Assembly (NCBI GenBank): GCA_964367375.1
Contig: CAYIXG010000007.1
Coordinates: forward strand, 21,530-85,529
DNA: 64,000 nt
Direction of reading: 5' to 3'
Origin: Candidatus Woesearchaeota archaeon
GTDB taxonomy: Archaea; Nanobdellota; Nanobdellia; SCGC-AAA011-G17; UBA489
Part shown: positions 1 through 10,348 of the stretch, one piece after another
Position numbering within the stretch: the first letter of the stretch is position 1
Layout: each line of letters opens with the position of its first letter
Position numbers and translations under genes: made by a program
Notes under the pieces: model-generated
The model's database searches: none
Seen by the model: the letters and a program-made list of their open reading frames with translations, nothing else
What the model was told of the DNA's origin: nothing

Positions 1-1353
1 CGGGAGGCTGCTACTAATTTGTGGAGTGGTCAAAACGTGACAGTAGAAATTCGAGATGCAAACCCGGATTGTAGTGTGAATGAGAGGAATGGGTGTCATG
101 TGGTGCAAAATACAGTCCTTTCTCCGGGAGTAAAGGATTTTCCGCAGGGCATTTTCGTGATGAATGATAGTGTGATGTTAGATTGTAATGGTGCGGTGTT
201 GCAAGGATTTGGTTTTGGAATTGTTGATGATGGAATTAAGGTTGCAGGAAAAAGTGGGTTTACGGTGAGGAACTGCACAGTAAATAATTATAGGTATGGG
301 CTGGATATGGTGCAAGTGACAAATGCGATAGTCAGAGAAAGTGACTTTTCAAGTAACAAAGGGTACGGAATCAGGATGAGTAATAGCCATAGCAACATAA
401 TTGAGAAGAACAAGGTAAGGGAAAACAAGGATCCTCAAGGAGTAATAAGTAATGTCGATGCAAACGGAATGTATATGACATCCTCAAATAATAATGTGAT
501 TCGATGGAACCAAATAAACGCGAATGAGTTTAGGGGAATTCTCGTCGAATTTTCTGGAAATGGAAATGTGATAATGCAGAATAATATTGCTCATAATGGC
601 CAGGATGGAATACGATTTGTAAGTGGAGGAGCAAATAACATCATCAATAACAGCATCATAAATAATCAGTTAATTGCGAATGGTCAAAGAGGGATAAGGA
701 TGTTTAGCGGTGCTTCCGGAAATAGAATGGTGCTCAATAACTTTATCGGGAATGCATTTGCACCTCAGGCGACAGATACAGGAAGTCCTCCGAATGCGTG
801 GAATAATGCAAGCATTGGGAATTATTGGGATGATTATACAAGCTGCGTGGATGCAAATAATGATACAGTATGTGATTCGCCCTATGTCTTCCTGTCGTCC
901 GCAGATAATTTTCCTTCAGCTGTTCCAGTATCCTTCCCAATCGATCAACTGCCAAAAATAAAGCCAGTCATAACAATAATAGGAAGTCCACATCTGGGAA
1001 GTTCTGTGTCATTTGATGTGAAGCATGAAGGGTATTCCAATATTCTGTATGTTGTTGCGATGTCCTTAGGGAATACTCCGGGTATTCTGTTGCCGACAGG
1101 GGAAGTGGTGCCTTTAAATGATGACTTCTTGTTGCAGCTTGTGCTGAACACGCCCTGGGTAATAGGATTAAACAACACTATTGGATACTTGTCAAATCAA
1201 GGGAGTAATGCTGTGGGATGGAATATTCCTCTTGTGCCTGGAGCTGAGGGATTGACTGTTTATGGAGGGGTTGTCACAATTGATCCAGCAAATGCAGCAA
1301 ATCCCATAGCAGGTTTCTCTCAAGAGTTGCCAATCACGCTTCTTCCAGCGTAA
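1..1353 (+). CDS. Right-handed parallel beta-helix repeat protein (NosD/pectin-lyase-fold like), 5' end cut by window edge
   Basis: The frame is open from nt 1; the ORF track only starts at the first TTG, nt 19. Repeated ~22-aa units with Asn/Gly turns (GIRMSNSHSNIIEKNKV, GILVEFSGNGNVIMQNNIAHNGQDGIRF, NNSIINNQLIANGQRGIRMF). A C-terminal ~130-aa beta-rich domain is of unknown type. Confidence 0.6.
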   Translation, partial: REAATNLWSGQNVTVEIRDANPDCSVNERNGCHVVQNTVLSPGVKDFPQGIFVMNDSVMLDCNGAVLQGFGFGIVDDGIKVAGKSGFTVRNCTVNNYRYGLDMVQVTNAIVRESDFSSNKGYGIRMSNSHSNIIEKNKVRENKDPQGVISNVDANGMYMTSSNNNVIRWNQINANEFRGILVEFSGNGNVIMQNNIAHNGQDGIRFVSGGANNIINNSIINNQLIANGQRGIRMFSGASGNRMVLNNFIGNAFAPQATDTGSPPNAWNNASIGNYWDDYTSCVDANNDTVCDSPYVFLSSADNFPSAVPVSFPIDQLPKIKPVITIIGSPHLGSSVSFDVKHEGYSNILYVVAMSLGNTPGILLPTGEVVPLNDDFLLQLVLNTPWVIGLNNTIGYLSNQGSNAVGWNIPLVPGAEGLTVYGGVVTIDPANAANPIAGFSQELPITLLPA

Positions 1354-1426
1354 GAATAAAACTGTTTTCTCTGAAAAGTGGAGAAGAAAAGCTTAATAAA
1401 TGAGCTGTTGCACTACATAATACATT

Positions 1427-1434
1427 CTTTAAAG
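1427..1434 (+). promoter_or_regulatory. TATA-like box (CTTTAAAG) 23 nt upstream of the giant-gene start
   Basis: AT-rich box at the same spacing seen for other first genes in this window. A second candidate, GCTTAATAAAT, lies at ~1391. Confidence 0.35.
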
Positions 1435-1457
1435 AGGCTGGAAAAGGGGTTTGTTCC

Positions 1458-4400
1458 TTGTATAAGAAGTTCATTTACAAGAAAGGAAAGAGAATAGGAC
1501 CATACTTTTATGATAGTGTGCGGTTGAGGAATGGTCAAGTAAAGACAGTGTATCTGGGGAAAGATCCGGAAAAGGCACGAAGGCTTGCGCAGGAAAAGAA
1601 GGAAGTAAGGAAGGGGGGAAAAATTCGTTCGTTCAATGGAAGCATGCCTGCACAGGTGAAGCAAGTATCGAGAAGAGGTGTGGTGAGAATACAGCACGTG
1701 GAAGATGGGAGAATGCAAGGAAGTGTGCAGGGATATCTGCAGCAGCAAGCAAAGAGGGTAAAGCTGCCTGAAGGGTTTGGTCATCCGCCATTGTCATTTG
1801 TTGTGATTGTGCTTGTTCTTGTGGGGGCAGCGTTGTGGGTGTCTCCGCCAGGAGACGATGCAAGATCTTCATTGACAGGGTTTGTGGTGCAAGAACAGGA
1901 AGATAGTGCTAAAATTATTCAAAGGTTAGGGATTGCAGTGACTGAGGAGTCTGAGTTTATGGTTGACCTATCTCAGGTAGAGGAGCTCACTGCAGTGAAG
2001 ATTACAGGAGGTGTGATAGGAAAAGGGATTGCAAAAGTGCTGTTGCAGTCAGAGGATGAGGTGTATGTGGTGTATGATAATCAAGAGGTTTCTGGAAAAA
2101 TAGCAGAGCCATCGCCATTGACAGGATTTGTGGTTGCGAATCTTGCTCCAGTGAAGATTGTAACAAGTGGTGGAGAGCTGCCTGCGCAGTGGAGAGAGAC
2201 AGAGAAAGGTGTTGAAATCTCATTCCAGGCTGTGGTTGTGGAAAAGATTATAGTGCCAAAAGGGGCTGAAGGGAAGGTGTATTATGATGAGGGGTTAAAA
2301 GGGTTGGGTGACAGTTTTGGGAGGACATTTGCAGTGGATGCTGGTGAAGTAAATGACCTGTCAATAGTGGTGTCTCCGCCTCCTGAAGGTGTGACACGGC
2401 TGAAGAAGTGTGCGTTTTGGGACAAGGATTTGAAAATCTGCTTGGGAGAGTGGGTTGATGTGCGGGCAGTGAAGCCAGGAGAAGGGTATATGCTTCAGGG
2501 AGAAAAGAAAGCAGTGGGTTTTGCAGAGGTTGGAGGGCAGCCAGTAAAGACACAACAAAAAGAATTCATTGGAGAGAGTGAAAGCAAGGCGGCGAATAAA
2601 AAAGTGCAGGATGAACAGAAGCCGATGATTAATCGCATGACAGGAGACTTGGTGTATGAGGTGAATTTTACGTATGAGAAGGTGAGGAGTGCGTTTGCTG
2701 AGGCATGCAAAGAGACATGTAATCTAAAGCTTGTGCCAGGGGTGTATCGGTTGCGGGTGTTGGTGGATGAGGTGATTGTGGAATTGGAAGCTGTTGAACT
2801 TGCATTGAGGGGAGCGCAGGGTGCGAATGTATCGATCACGTATAAGGGTGTGGATGTCACGCAGCCAGAGGGTGGTGCAGATGTTCGTGCAAATCAGATA
2901 AGAGAGGAGGGGAAGCCAATAAGTGGGGAGGAAGGGTTGGAGAATGTGGTAGTAATTAATAGACCAGTGAAGTGGAAGCAGAGGGTGCAGCTGTCTCAGC
3001 CTGCGACGAATGTAAAGGTTGAGGTGCCGGAGGAGGCAGAAAATATCTCGGTGAAGAAGGTTGAGGGAGGTGTGGAGAAGGAAGTGAAGTTGTTTACAGT
3101 GGAGAATGCGCCGGCTGAGTTTTCTTTGGGAGCAGTGACTGGCGCTGCCATTGCTGATGTGGTGAGTGAGATTGCATCTGCAAATAATATAACAGTAACA
3201 ATTGAGGAGCAGGTGATAGAGGTGGTGGTTGAGTATGAGACAGCTCCTCCAGTATCATCAGAGGAGGAGGATGAGTTAGGAAAGAGGATTGTGATCTCTT
3301 CTCCCATACAGTATAGGAACGTGCTCGCGTATACATATATTGATGAGTATCCTCTGGAGTATCTGGAGTTTATTGCTCAGGAGTCTGGCATAAATGCAAC
3401 CTTCTTTGACACAAATAGCAACACGTTAGTAGATTATGTGGAGTGGCGTATTGATGAGGTGAGGTATAATGAGTTTGCTGTAAAATACAATGTGCCAAAT
3501 CACACGATTCAGCAGCATCCTGTTGACCCTCGTGCAGAAAGAACGGAGACCGAGACAAGAACGTGCATCAAGGGTGAGTGTGTGCACACCATCTTTACCG
3601 CGCCAACGTTTTTCAGGAAGGATGGGGAGTTTGAATATCTAGGAAATGCGCTGCAAGATAATTGCAATAATCTAAGTGATGTGTGTGTGCTTGGGGATGA
3701 TCATCAAGTGTATTTCCAGCGAAGGCCGCGAGGGGATGAGGTAGTGAAGGTTGTTCGTGAAGGAAAGAGTATTGCTCTCAACCCGTATCGGTTGGTGAAG
3801 CGAGGCCTGGGAGAGGATACAGTACTTTCGGGTGCAAACCCGGTGTTTGGTTGGGGGAAAGATAATAGGTATGAGTATAAGAATATGTTTGGGGAGAAAT
3901 CGGTGGCAAAGTATGCGTACATTATTACAGAGTTGAAGGAAGAGATCATGTTCGAAGAGGATGCGTTGCAATTGAGAGACAACCAGTCGGGTGGAGGGGA
4001 AATTGCTGTCGAGTTTAAGCTTGTGCTGGATAACGGAACAAGTCTCGTTATTGACGGTAAAAAGTATGATAGTTTGATAGGAACAGCAGTGAGAACAGAA
4101 AAGGAGATTGAAGTTCTTGATGAGCTTGATCAGGTGCTCTTTATACTTCCTCGGCCAGTGGCTCAGGACACCACTCGGGTGATTCCCTTAGAGTACAATG
4201 TGTACAAGGAAAATGAGTCCTTGATTATAGGTGTTATTGGTTCGGTTGAGGAATTAAGCTCGTTAGCGTATCCAATAACCATTGACCCAACAGTTAGTTT
4301 CGACTTTCGGGATATTGTATGGGATGGGCATATAGAGATAACTCCAGGATCTCCGTACACAAGAACAAACAATCCCACAGCTGTACTTCTGATAGGGTAT

Positions 4401-7400
4401 GACGGGCCAAATGATTTAACCTACCGTTCAGCGATTGAGTGGAACGTGTCAGGAGTACCAGCAAATGCGCAAATTGATGACATCAACTTTACTTTTTACG
4501 TTGAACAAAAAGGCACGGGAATGAATGATGTGGTGAACTTCTCGCAGATGGAGCAGAATAATGATTATTACGAGCCAGAAGATACGACGTTTTGTGGAAC
4601 AAACTGCCAGTTCAGTAGTGATATGGCAAATGGGACAGTTCTTGCGGATAACACAACACTTCAAAAATCCACATCTAATTCTATTAACATGTCGAGTGGC
4701 GGGTTGAGGGACTTAGAAGCGACATTAACATCCGGATTAACCTGGTGGGGAATAGGGTTGTTGTCTCCTGATGGAGAAGCGGCAGCAGACGCAGGAGCAA
4801 CCACGTCCCAAATTAGTCCTGCGAATGACGCAGTCGCTAGTCAGCGTCCAGAGTTGATTATAACGTACTCGCTCCTTGTTCCAAACATTACGTTAAACGC
4901 CCCGGATAACGCAACCACGCTAACAGTGAGGGGGAATATCACGCTTGATGTCACTCCGGAGGATAATGAGCCAACAATTGCGTTAGTGAAGATTTATGCG
5001 CAGAATGAGTCTGTGGGTGCTGAGGATTTGATTGCAGAATTCAGGAACACCACAAACAATACATTATTGTCATATAATTACACTGCTCCTGTATTGCGAT
5101 ATCATAACGTCCCAAATACGATATTATTACTTCACTTGAACAACCAGTCAGAGTTTAGTGAGAATGAAACAACGGTGGTTGATTTTGCAAATTCGACGAA
5201 TGGAGAGGTAAATGTGTTGAGTTTTTCACATAGTGCAGGAAAAATAGCAGGTGCATTTCAGCTGCTTGCAGATTCAACAGACGCGAATATTACATTTGCT
5301 GATAATGATAGTTTCATCGGAACAGACATTACATATGCAATGTGGGTGAATGCGACAGATACGAGTGCAATTACAAAGATTATTTTTGATAAGCTTTCAG
5401 GAGGGAATGGGTTTGGGATACAGCAGAATAGTGCTGATCTGAATCTGCTGTTAGATGCTGATACAACAACAGTGACAGGATTCTTCACAGCAAATGAGAT
5501 GACACATCTTGCAGTCTCTATTGATTCTGGTGGTGTGCCAAGAATATATAAGAATGGGCAGCTGATAACAGAAGGGCCTGCAGGTGCTGTAACGGATAAC
5601 GATGCAGCCTTTGCGTTGTTTGGAAAGACAGGAAGTAACAGTTTTGTAGGATCAATTGACGAGCTTATCATCATTGAGCGGATTCTGAATGATTCAGACA
5701 TCCAAGATTTGTATAGGTTGCCAGATACGCAAACGTATTATTGGAAGGCAGAGGTGTCTGATGCGACTCCAGATACGACAACGAGCGAAGAGCGTGTGTT
5801 CACCTTGTCTATTGGAAACACTGCTCCTTCAGTCGTTAGTATTAGCCTGAACGCGTCCTCGCAGTTTAATTTAACAACAGATGATTTGAACGTGTATTAT
5901 GAGACGTCTGAGATTGATGAGTTTGATGAGCGTTTGAACATTACGGATTGGCGTGTGAATGGAGAAAGTGTTGCGGTGGTGAATATGCCGTTTGAGACGA
6001 ATGAGAGTGAAACAACATACAATTTAGTCAATGATTATTCGACCTATGATAATAATGGGACAATCGGTGCGGGTGATCCGGAGATTGCTCCAGTGTGGGT
6101 GAGGGATTGTGTGGTGGGGAGTTGTTATGACTTTCCATATAATAAGAGTATTAATCTGGGGAATGCTCCGAGCTTAAACATTACGAATAACATCACAATC
6201 ATGTTTTGGATCAAGTTTAATGATCTCGAATATGCTTTAAACGCGTTTCCGAGAATCTTGGATAAGAATAGCGGGACAGCAGGATATGGGTGTTTTATTA
6301 ATAATGCCTCAAAAATAGTGTCATGCCAAGCGAGAAATGACAGTGCCTTCCAGATCGCAACGACTGATACGACTGCTGTTCCTGTGGATACATGGGTTCA
6401 CTTCGCAAGCTCTTACACGATGAATAACGGGTCTGATGGGTTGTTTAAGCTGTACAGGAACGGGACTGCAGTCCGAAACACCACTATACAGGTAGACACG
6501 GAAATTGGAAGAGGTGCGCTAAACTTGACTGTTGGAAGTAATGTTCCTGCTTCAGCGAGTGCAATCAACGCTTCCATTGATGAGCTGTACATTTTTGACA
6601 GGGTATTAACTGACGAGCAAATTGCTTATTATTATGAGAATATTACAAATATTTTGGATGATTCTATGACTGCAGGTGCAGATTCCTGGAGCGCGTGTGT
6701 CACGCCGCATGACAAGACAGTAACCAATGAGGAATTGTGCAGTAACAATGTAACAATTGAAGCAAGTTCATCACCGGATGCAACGTTAAACTATCCTGCA
6801 AATGATTCAAACTTTACGCATACAGGAAACTTCACGTTAAACGTGACGTATGTTGATCCCGATGGGGCAGCAGGAATAGTGCGCATCTTTGGAGGAAACG
6901 TGACTGATGGCCCTGGAAATGATCAGTTGTTGGCTGAGTTTGAGAGTGTGTCAAATGCGACAGATGTTATCTATAACTGGACGTCTCCAATTTTTACACC
7001 TTCTTCAGGCGAGAATCCGCAGTTTGTCTACAGGTTTGACTTGCGTGATGATCTGGGTGAGGATAATGGAACGATATATGATTATGTATCGAATGTTTTA
7101 AATGGAACGTTATGGGGGAGCACAACTGCAATGAATAGGTCTTCCAATAAAGTGCATGCAGGTTCGATAAAGTTTGATGGATCTGATGATTTTGTGGTTG
7201 TTGAGGGGTGCACAACACCATGTGCGGAGAAGAGGAATGCGACGTTTGCTGCGTGGGTGCTCGCAAATGCATTATCAGGAACTGAAGCAATCATAGGATC
7301 TTATGATTCAGCTGCAGCACAAGGATTTGTAATTGCGCGTGCAACAGGAAACCTTGCAGTTATTACAGATGCATCAACAGTGATAAGCACTTCTTTCTTC

Positions 7401-8837
7401 GCAGACACCACAACATGGTATCATCTTGCTGTGGTCACCTATGAAAATAACACAGTTGTCTTATATAGGGATGGAATGAACATTGCAGAAGGAACATTAG
7501 GAACAATTACTACAAGCGCAACAAGGAATTTCACGCTTGGTTCAGAAGCATTGAATGTAGCTTCTTATTTCTTTGAAGGGGAAATGGATGACTTCATGAT
7601 GTGGAATAGGTCTCTTGAGCCAAGAGAGATTGGAGAGCTTGTCAATGTATATAATGGAAAGTGGTATTGGAATGCATCAGTGAACAATTCTGCAAATGCA
7701 ACCGGTTCTGAATCATTTGAGTTCTTGTTGAATGATGTGCCAAGAGTTGATTCAGTTATTATTGGTCCAATGGCTGCAAATACGACAGATGACGTGAACT
7801 GCACAATTGTGGTGGATACGGATAGTTTGGCAAATGTAACCATTCAGGCTGCCTTTTTCCAGGAAGGATTATTTAATACTACAATAAGCGCGTTAACGCA
7901 GGTGGAAAATGGGACAGAAATTGCGGAAATTTTGAGTCCTGGAGGGTTGCAGGGAAAGCATCAGAATTGGAGTTGCATGGTGAACGTGACAGACGAGTAT
8001 GGGGTGGTGAGCACAGATGTGTTTTCAAGTAATGTAACGATTGTCAATTCGCCGCCAAGTGCTCCAACGTTGGAGAGTCCTGTAAATGAGAACAGGACTG
8101 ATGATGACACTCCTAACTTCACCTGGACGCCTTCTCATGATGCAGACAATGACACGATCACATACATTCTCAACATTACGTGCCTTTTGGAAACAGGAGG
8201 GTCATGTACACCAAGTGAAGAGATCATCATAGAGGGTATTACAAACTTGTCATATGTGTTGCCTGATGATCTGGATCATTTTGTTGATAATCTGCAGTAT
8301 TATAATTGGACTGTTCGCGCGATAGACGGAGATAATATTTCAGATGGGGATAATGCTTCCGAGATTGCAAGCCCTTCGTTTAACTTGTCTATCATTGCAG
8401 ATATTTCTATTAACATTACGAATGACACGGTAAATTTTGGCTCTTTGGCATTGGGTGTGACAAATACATCCGATCCTTTTATAGCGCCGTATTCATTTGG
8501 CATTCAGAATCTTGGGAATACGCCAGTCAACTTGACGATTGTATCTGATGACTTCCTATTCACTTCAAAGTCAAGCGCGTCTGCATATTATCAGTTTAAC
8601 GTGAGCGATGGGGAAGCAGTGTCAAATCCTTATTTGAGCGCAACGTCAACGTATGCAAATATGAATACTGTTACACAGACTGCAGTAACTCTATTTAATG
8701 ACACGAATCCTCTAGTGTATGTAAATATTAATATCACAACACCTGAAGATGAGCCTGCAGGTTCTCCATCTGCAGTGATCACGTTTACTGGAGTATTTAC
8801 ACCATTATCTGATGATAATGGAGGTAACCCAGATTAA
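1458..8837 (+). CDS. Giant (2,459 aa) single-pass surface protein with three LamG/concanavalin-A-like lectin modules
   Basis: Longest ORF in the window, with a TTG start. It has a basic N-terminus, one TM helix (PPLSFVVIVLVLVGAALWV) and a ~2,300-aa ectodomain. Three Laminin_G_3-type module ends are present (GSIDELIIIERILNDSDIQDLY, ASIDELYIFDRVLTDEQIAYYY, GEMDDFMMWNRSLEPREIGELV). I hand-counted roughly 70+ N-x-S/T sequons. Confidence 0.85.
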   Translation: MYKKFIYKKGKRIGPYFYDSVRLRNGQVKTVYLGKDPEKARRLAQEKKEVRKGGKIRSFNGSMPAQVKQVSRRGVVRIQHVEDGRMQGSVQGYLQQQAKRVKLPEGFGHPPLSFVVIVLVLVGAALWVSPPGDDARSSLTGFVVQEQEDSAKIIQRLGIAVTEESEFMVDLSQVEELTAVKITGGVIGKGIAKVLLQSEDEVYVVYDNQEVSGKIAEPSPLTGFVVANLAPVKIVTSGGELPAQWRETEKGVEISFQAVVVEKIIVPKGAEGKVYYDEGLKGLGDSFGRTFAVDAGEVNDLSIVVSPPPEGVTRLKKCAFWDKDLKICLGEWVDVRAVKPGEGYMLQGEKKAVGFAEVGGQPVKTQQKEFIGESESKAANKKVQDEQKPMINRMTGDLVYEVNFTYEKVRSAFAEACKETCNLKLVPGVYRLRVLVDEVIVELEAVELALRGAQGANVSITYKGVDVTQPEGGADVRANQIREEGKPISGEEGLENVVVINRPVKWKQRVQLSQPATNVKVEVPEEAENISVKKVEGGVEKEVKLFTVENAPAEFSLGAVTGAAIADVVSEIASANNITVTIEEQVIEVVVEYETAPPVSSEEEDELGKRIVISSPIQYRNVLAYTYIDEYPLEYLEFIAQESGINATFFDTNSNTLVDYVEWRIDEVRYNEFAVKYNVPNHTIQQHPVDPRAERTETETRTCIKGECVHTIFTAPTFFRKDGEFEYLGNALQDNCNNLSDVCVLGDDHQVYFQRRPRGDEVVKVVREGKSIALNPYRLVKRGLGEDTVLSGANPVFGWGKDNRYEYKNMFGEKSVAKYAYIITELKEEIMFEEDALQLRDNQSGGGEIAVEFKLVLDNGTSLVIDGKKYDSLIGTAVRTEKEIEVLDELDQVLFILPRPVAQDTTRVIPLEYNVYKENESLIIGVIGSVEELSSLAYPITIDPTVSFDFRDIVWDGHIEITPGSPYTRTNNPTAVLLIGYDGPNDLTYRSAIEWNVSGVPANAQIDDINFTFYVEQKGTGMNDVVNFSQMEQNNDYYEPEDTTFCGTNCQFSSDMANGTVLADNTTLQKSTSNSINMSSGGLRDLEATLTSGLTWWGIGLLSPDGEAAADAGATTSQISPANDAVASQRPELIITYSLLVPNITLNAPDNATTLTVRGNITLDVTPEDNEPTIALVKIYAQNESVGAEDLIAEFRNTTNNTLLSYNYTAPVLRYHNVPNTILLLHLNNQSEFSENETTVVDFANSTNGEVNVLSFSHSAGKIAGAFQLLADSTDANITFADNDSFIGTDITYAMWVNATDTSAITKIIFDKLSGGNGFGIQQNSADLNLLLDADTTTVTGFFTANEMTHLAVSIDSGGVPRIYKNGQLITEGPAGAVTDNDAAFALFGKTGSNSFVGSIDELIIIERILNDSDIQDLYRLPDTQTYYWKAEVSDATPDTTTSEERVFTLSIGNTAPSVVSISLNASSQFNLTTDDLNVYYETSEIDEFDERLNITDWRVNGESVAVVNMPFETNESETTYNLVNDYSTYDNNGTIGAGDPEIAPVWVRDCVVGSCYDFPYNKSINLGNAPSLNITNNITIMFWIKFNDLEYALNAFPRILDKNSGTAGYGCFINNASKIVSCQARNDSAFQIATTDTTAVPVDTWVHFASSYTMNNGSDGLFKLYRNGTAVRNTTIQVDTEIGRGALNLTVGSNVPASASAINASIDELYIFDRVLTDEQIAYYYENITNILDDSMTAGADSWSACVTPHDKTVTNEELCSNNVTIEASSSPDATLNYPANDSNFTHTGNFTLNVTYVDPDGAAGIVRIFGGNVTDGPGNDQLLAEFESVSNATDVIYNWTSPIFTPSSGENPQFVYRFDLRDDLGEDNGTIYDYVSNVLNGTLWGSTTAMNRSSNKVHAGSIKFDGSDDFVVVEGCTTPCAEKRNATFAAWVLANALSGTEAIIGSYDSAAAQGFVIARATGNLAVITDASTVISTSFFADTTTWYHLAVVTYENNTVVLYRDGMNIAEGTLGTITTSATRNFTLGSEALNVASYFFEGEMDDFMMWNRSLEPREIGELVNVYNGKWYWNASVNNSANATGSESFEFLLNDVPRVDSVIIGPMAANTTDDVNCTIVVDTDSLANVTIQAAFFQEGLFNTTISALTQVENGTEIAEILSPGGLQGKHQNWSCMVNVTDEYGVVSTDVFSSNVTIVNSPPSAPTLESPVNENRTDDDTPNFTWTPSHDADNDTITYILNITCLLETGGSCTPSEEIIIEGITNLSYVLPDDLDHFVDNLQYYNWTVRAIDGDNISDGDNASEIASPSFNLSIIADISINITNDTVNFGSLALGVTNTSDPFIAPYSFGIQNLGNTPVNLTIVSDDFLFTSKSSASAYYQFNVSDGEAVSNPYLSATSTYANMNTVTQTAVTLFNDTNPLVYVNINITTPEDEPAGSPSAVITFTGVFTPLSDDNGGNPD

Positions 8838-8844
8838 ACAGAAA

Positions 8845-10098
8845 ATGAAAAAAATAAACATATTAATGATTATATGGGTGTTTTTGCTAATGGGAATTGT
8901 GCAAGCAATTGGGGTCATGCCTGGCAATCAACCCTTTGAGTTTGATCCTGATAGCAAGTATGAGGGAAGAGTGCTTATTAGAAACACTGCAGGAGAAATG
9001 CGGGTGAGAGTAAGTGCAAGTGGTGAGCTTGCTCCCTATATGCATCTTGAAGTCTCTGAAATAATATTAAAGGAAGGTGAATCAAGGGAAGTAAAGTACA
9101 ATGTCGCTCTTCCAAAGAATGCAGAACCGCGAGTGTATCGGGGTCAAATTGTAGTTGCAGAAGTTCCTGAGGAAGAAGGCATTCCAAACAGGATCATTGC
9201 TGGAGTGAGTGTTGCTTCTGGAGTTGAAATTTTCTTGCAGCCTGTGGAAAACTATTTAGTGGTTCAAGAGTATAAGATTGATGTGCAGAATAGGGATGTC
9301 ACATTTGTTATTCCTGTGGTGAATAAAGGGTTTCTTGAGATGAGTGAGGTGAGTGCAGAAATTCAGGTGAATGATGAAAAGGGAAATAAGATAGATGTTC
9401 TCAAGACAAATACAGTGACTCTGCCTCCGAACGGAAATAAAGAGCTTGTTCTTCAGTGGAATGCAGACATGCCTCCCGGAATATATGCTGCAATCTTCAC
9501 TCCAATGGTTGGTGAGGAAAGAAAAGCGTCAGAAGAAAGGGAATTTTTCTTTAGGTCTCAGGAGATCTTGGAGGTGAAAGACATTATTCCTGATGAAAAT
9601 TTCATATTTGGGAGTCATGCACGGTTTAAGATCATTCTGCAGAATCATGCAGGAAGGCTTTTGGAGGGTGCTTTTATTGGTGTGGAGGTGTATGATAAGG
9701 AAGGAACTCGTGTTGCGCAGACAGAAACGCCGCGGCGGGATATTTCTGCATTTGAGGAAGTGGTGCAGGAAGTATTTTTTGACACGTTACCGTTACAAAA
9801 AGGCTCTTACAAAGTGCTGGTGAAGGTGCATCATTCAGGGATGGTGCATGAGGTGGAGATGAAAACAACATTAAGGGGAAAATCAATGAAAAGCACGGTT
9901 TTGTCAGGAATGGCTGCGTTAGAAACAGGTGGAAAACAAAAAAGAACAGTCTTTCTGTGGATACTGGGAATAATACTCTTAATAAATGGGATATGGTTGA
10001 TAAAGAGGAAAAGGGGAAGAAAAGAAAGGATTTTTTCAAATGAAAAAGATGGTTTCCAGAATACAAAAGAGGATTTCCAAGATGCAAAAGGTATATAA
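8845..10098 (+). CDS. Type-I membrane surface protein with CARDB/NEW3-like beta-sandwich domains (family member 1)
   Basis: The ATG lies 7 nt after the giant-gene stop. Signal peptide MKKINILMIIWVFLLMGIVQAIG; C-terminal TM VFLWILGIILLINGIWLI plus a basic tail. Strand-end motifs: RVYRGQIVVAEVP, PGIYAAIFTP, GSYKVLVKV. Confidence 0.65.
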   Translation: MKKINILMIIWVFLLMGIVQAIGVMPGNQPFEFDPDSKYEGRVLIRNTAGEMRVRVSASGELAPYMHLEVSEIILKEGESREVKYNVALPKNAEPRVYRGQIVVAEVPEEEGIPNRIIAGVSVASGVEIFLQPVENYLVVQEYKIDVQNRDVTFVIPVVNKGFLEMSEVSAEIQVNDEKGNKIDVLKTNTVTLPPNGNKELVLQWNADMPPGIYAAIFTPMVGEERKASEEREFFFRSQEILEVKDIIPDENFIFGSHARFKIILQNHAGRLLEGAFIGVEVYDKEGTRVAQTETPRRDISAFEEVVQEVFFDTLPLQKGSYKVLVKVHHSGMVHEVEMKTTLRGKSMKSTVLSGMAALETGGKQKRTVFLWILGIILLINGIWLIKRKRGRKERIFSNEKDGFQNTKEDFQDAKGI

Positions 10099-10114
10099 AG
10101 GAAAAAGGGTGTGT

Positions 10115-10348
10115 ATGAAGAGTATGGAAAAAGGGAGAAAAGAGGCTATTTCTAATAATATGTTACTGTTAGTGTTAGTAATCATCATTTTTGTTTCACT
10201 GCTCGGGACGCTGATGGTGCTGCAGCAGGTGGAAGATCATACTGAAGGAGTGAAGATAAGGCAAAGAAGCGTGGCAGAGAGTATTTCTGGAAGGGTAGCA
10301 ATAACAATTGTTCCGCTAGAAGAGGAAGAAAGGGGGAGTGAGGGATGA
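10115..10348 (+). CDS. Small single-pass membrane protein (77 aa)
   Basis: An internal ATG downstream of the previous stop gives MKSMEKGRKEAISNNMLLLVLVIIIFVSLLGTLMVL (one TM) with an acidic C-terminus. Its stop overlaps the next ATG (ATGA). Confidence 0.4.
   Translation: MKSMEKGRKEAISNNMLLLVLVIIIFVSLLGTLMVLQQVEDHTEGVKIRQRSVAESISGRVAITIVPLEEEERGSEG

Noticed and set aside
1413-8503. Many 60-150-aa minus-strand ORFs inside the giant LamG gene.
   Set aside because: These are shadow ORFs with no start context and no motifs. The sense frame is uninterrupted for 7.4 kb and shows domain repeats.
8812-8844. 5' extension of the 8845 gene (MIMEVTQIKQK...) overlapping the giant gene end.
   Set aside because: The signal peptide begins at the ATG at 8845, just after the giant-gene stop. 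The extension adds a non-signal hydrophilic leader.
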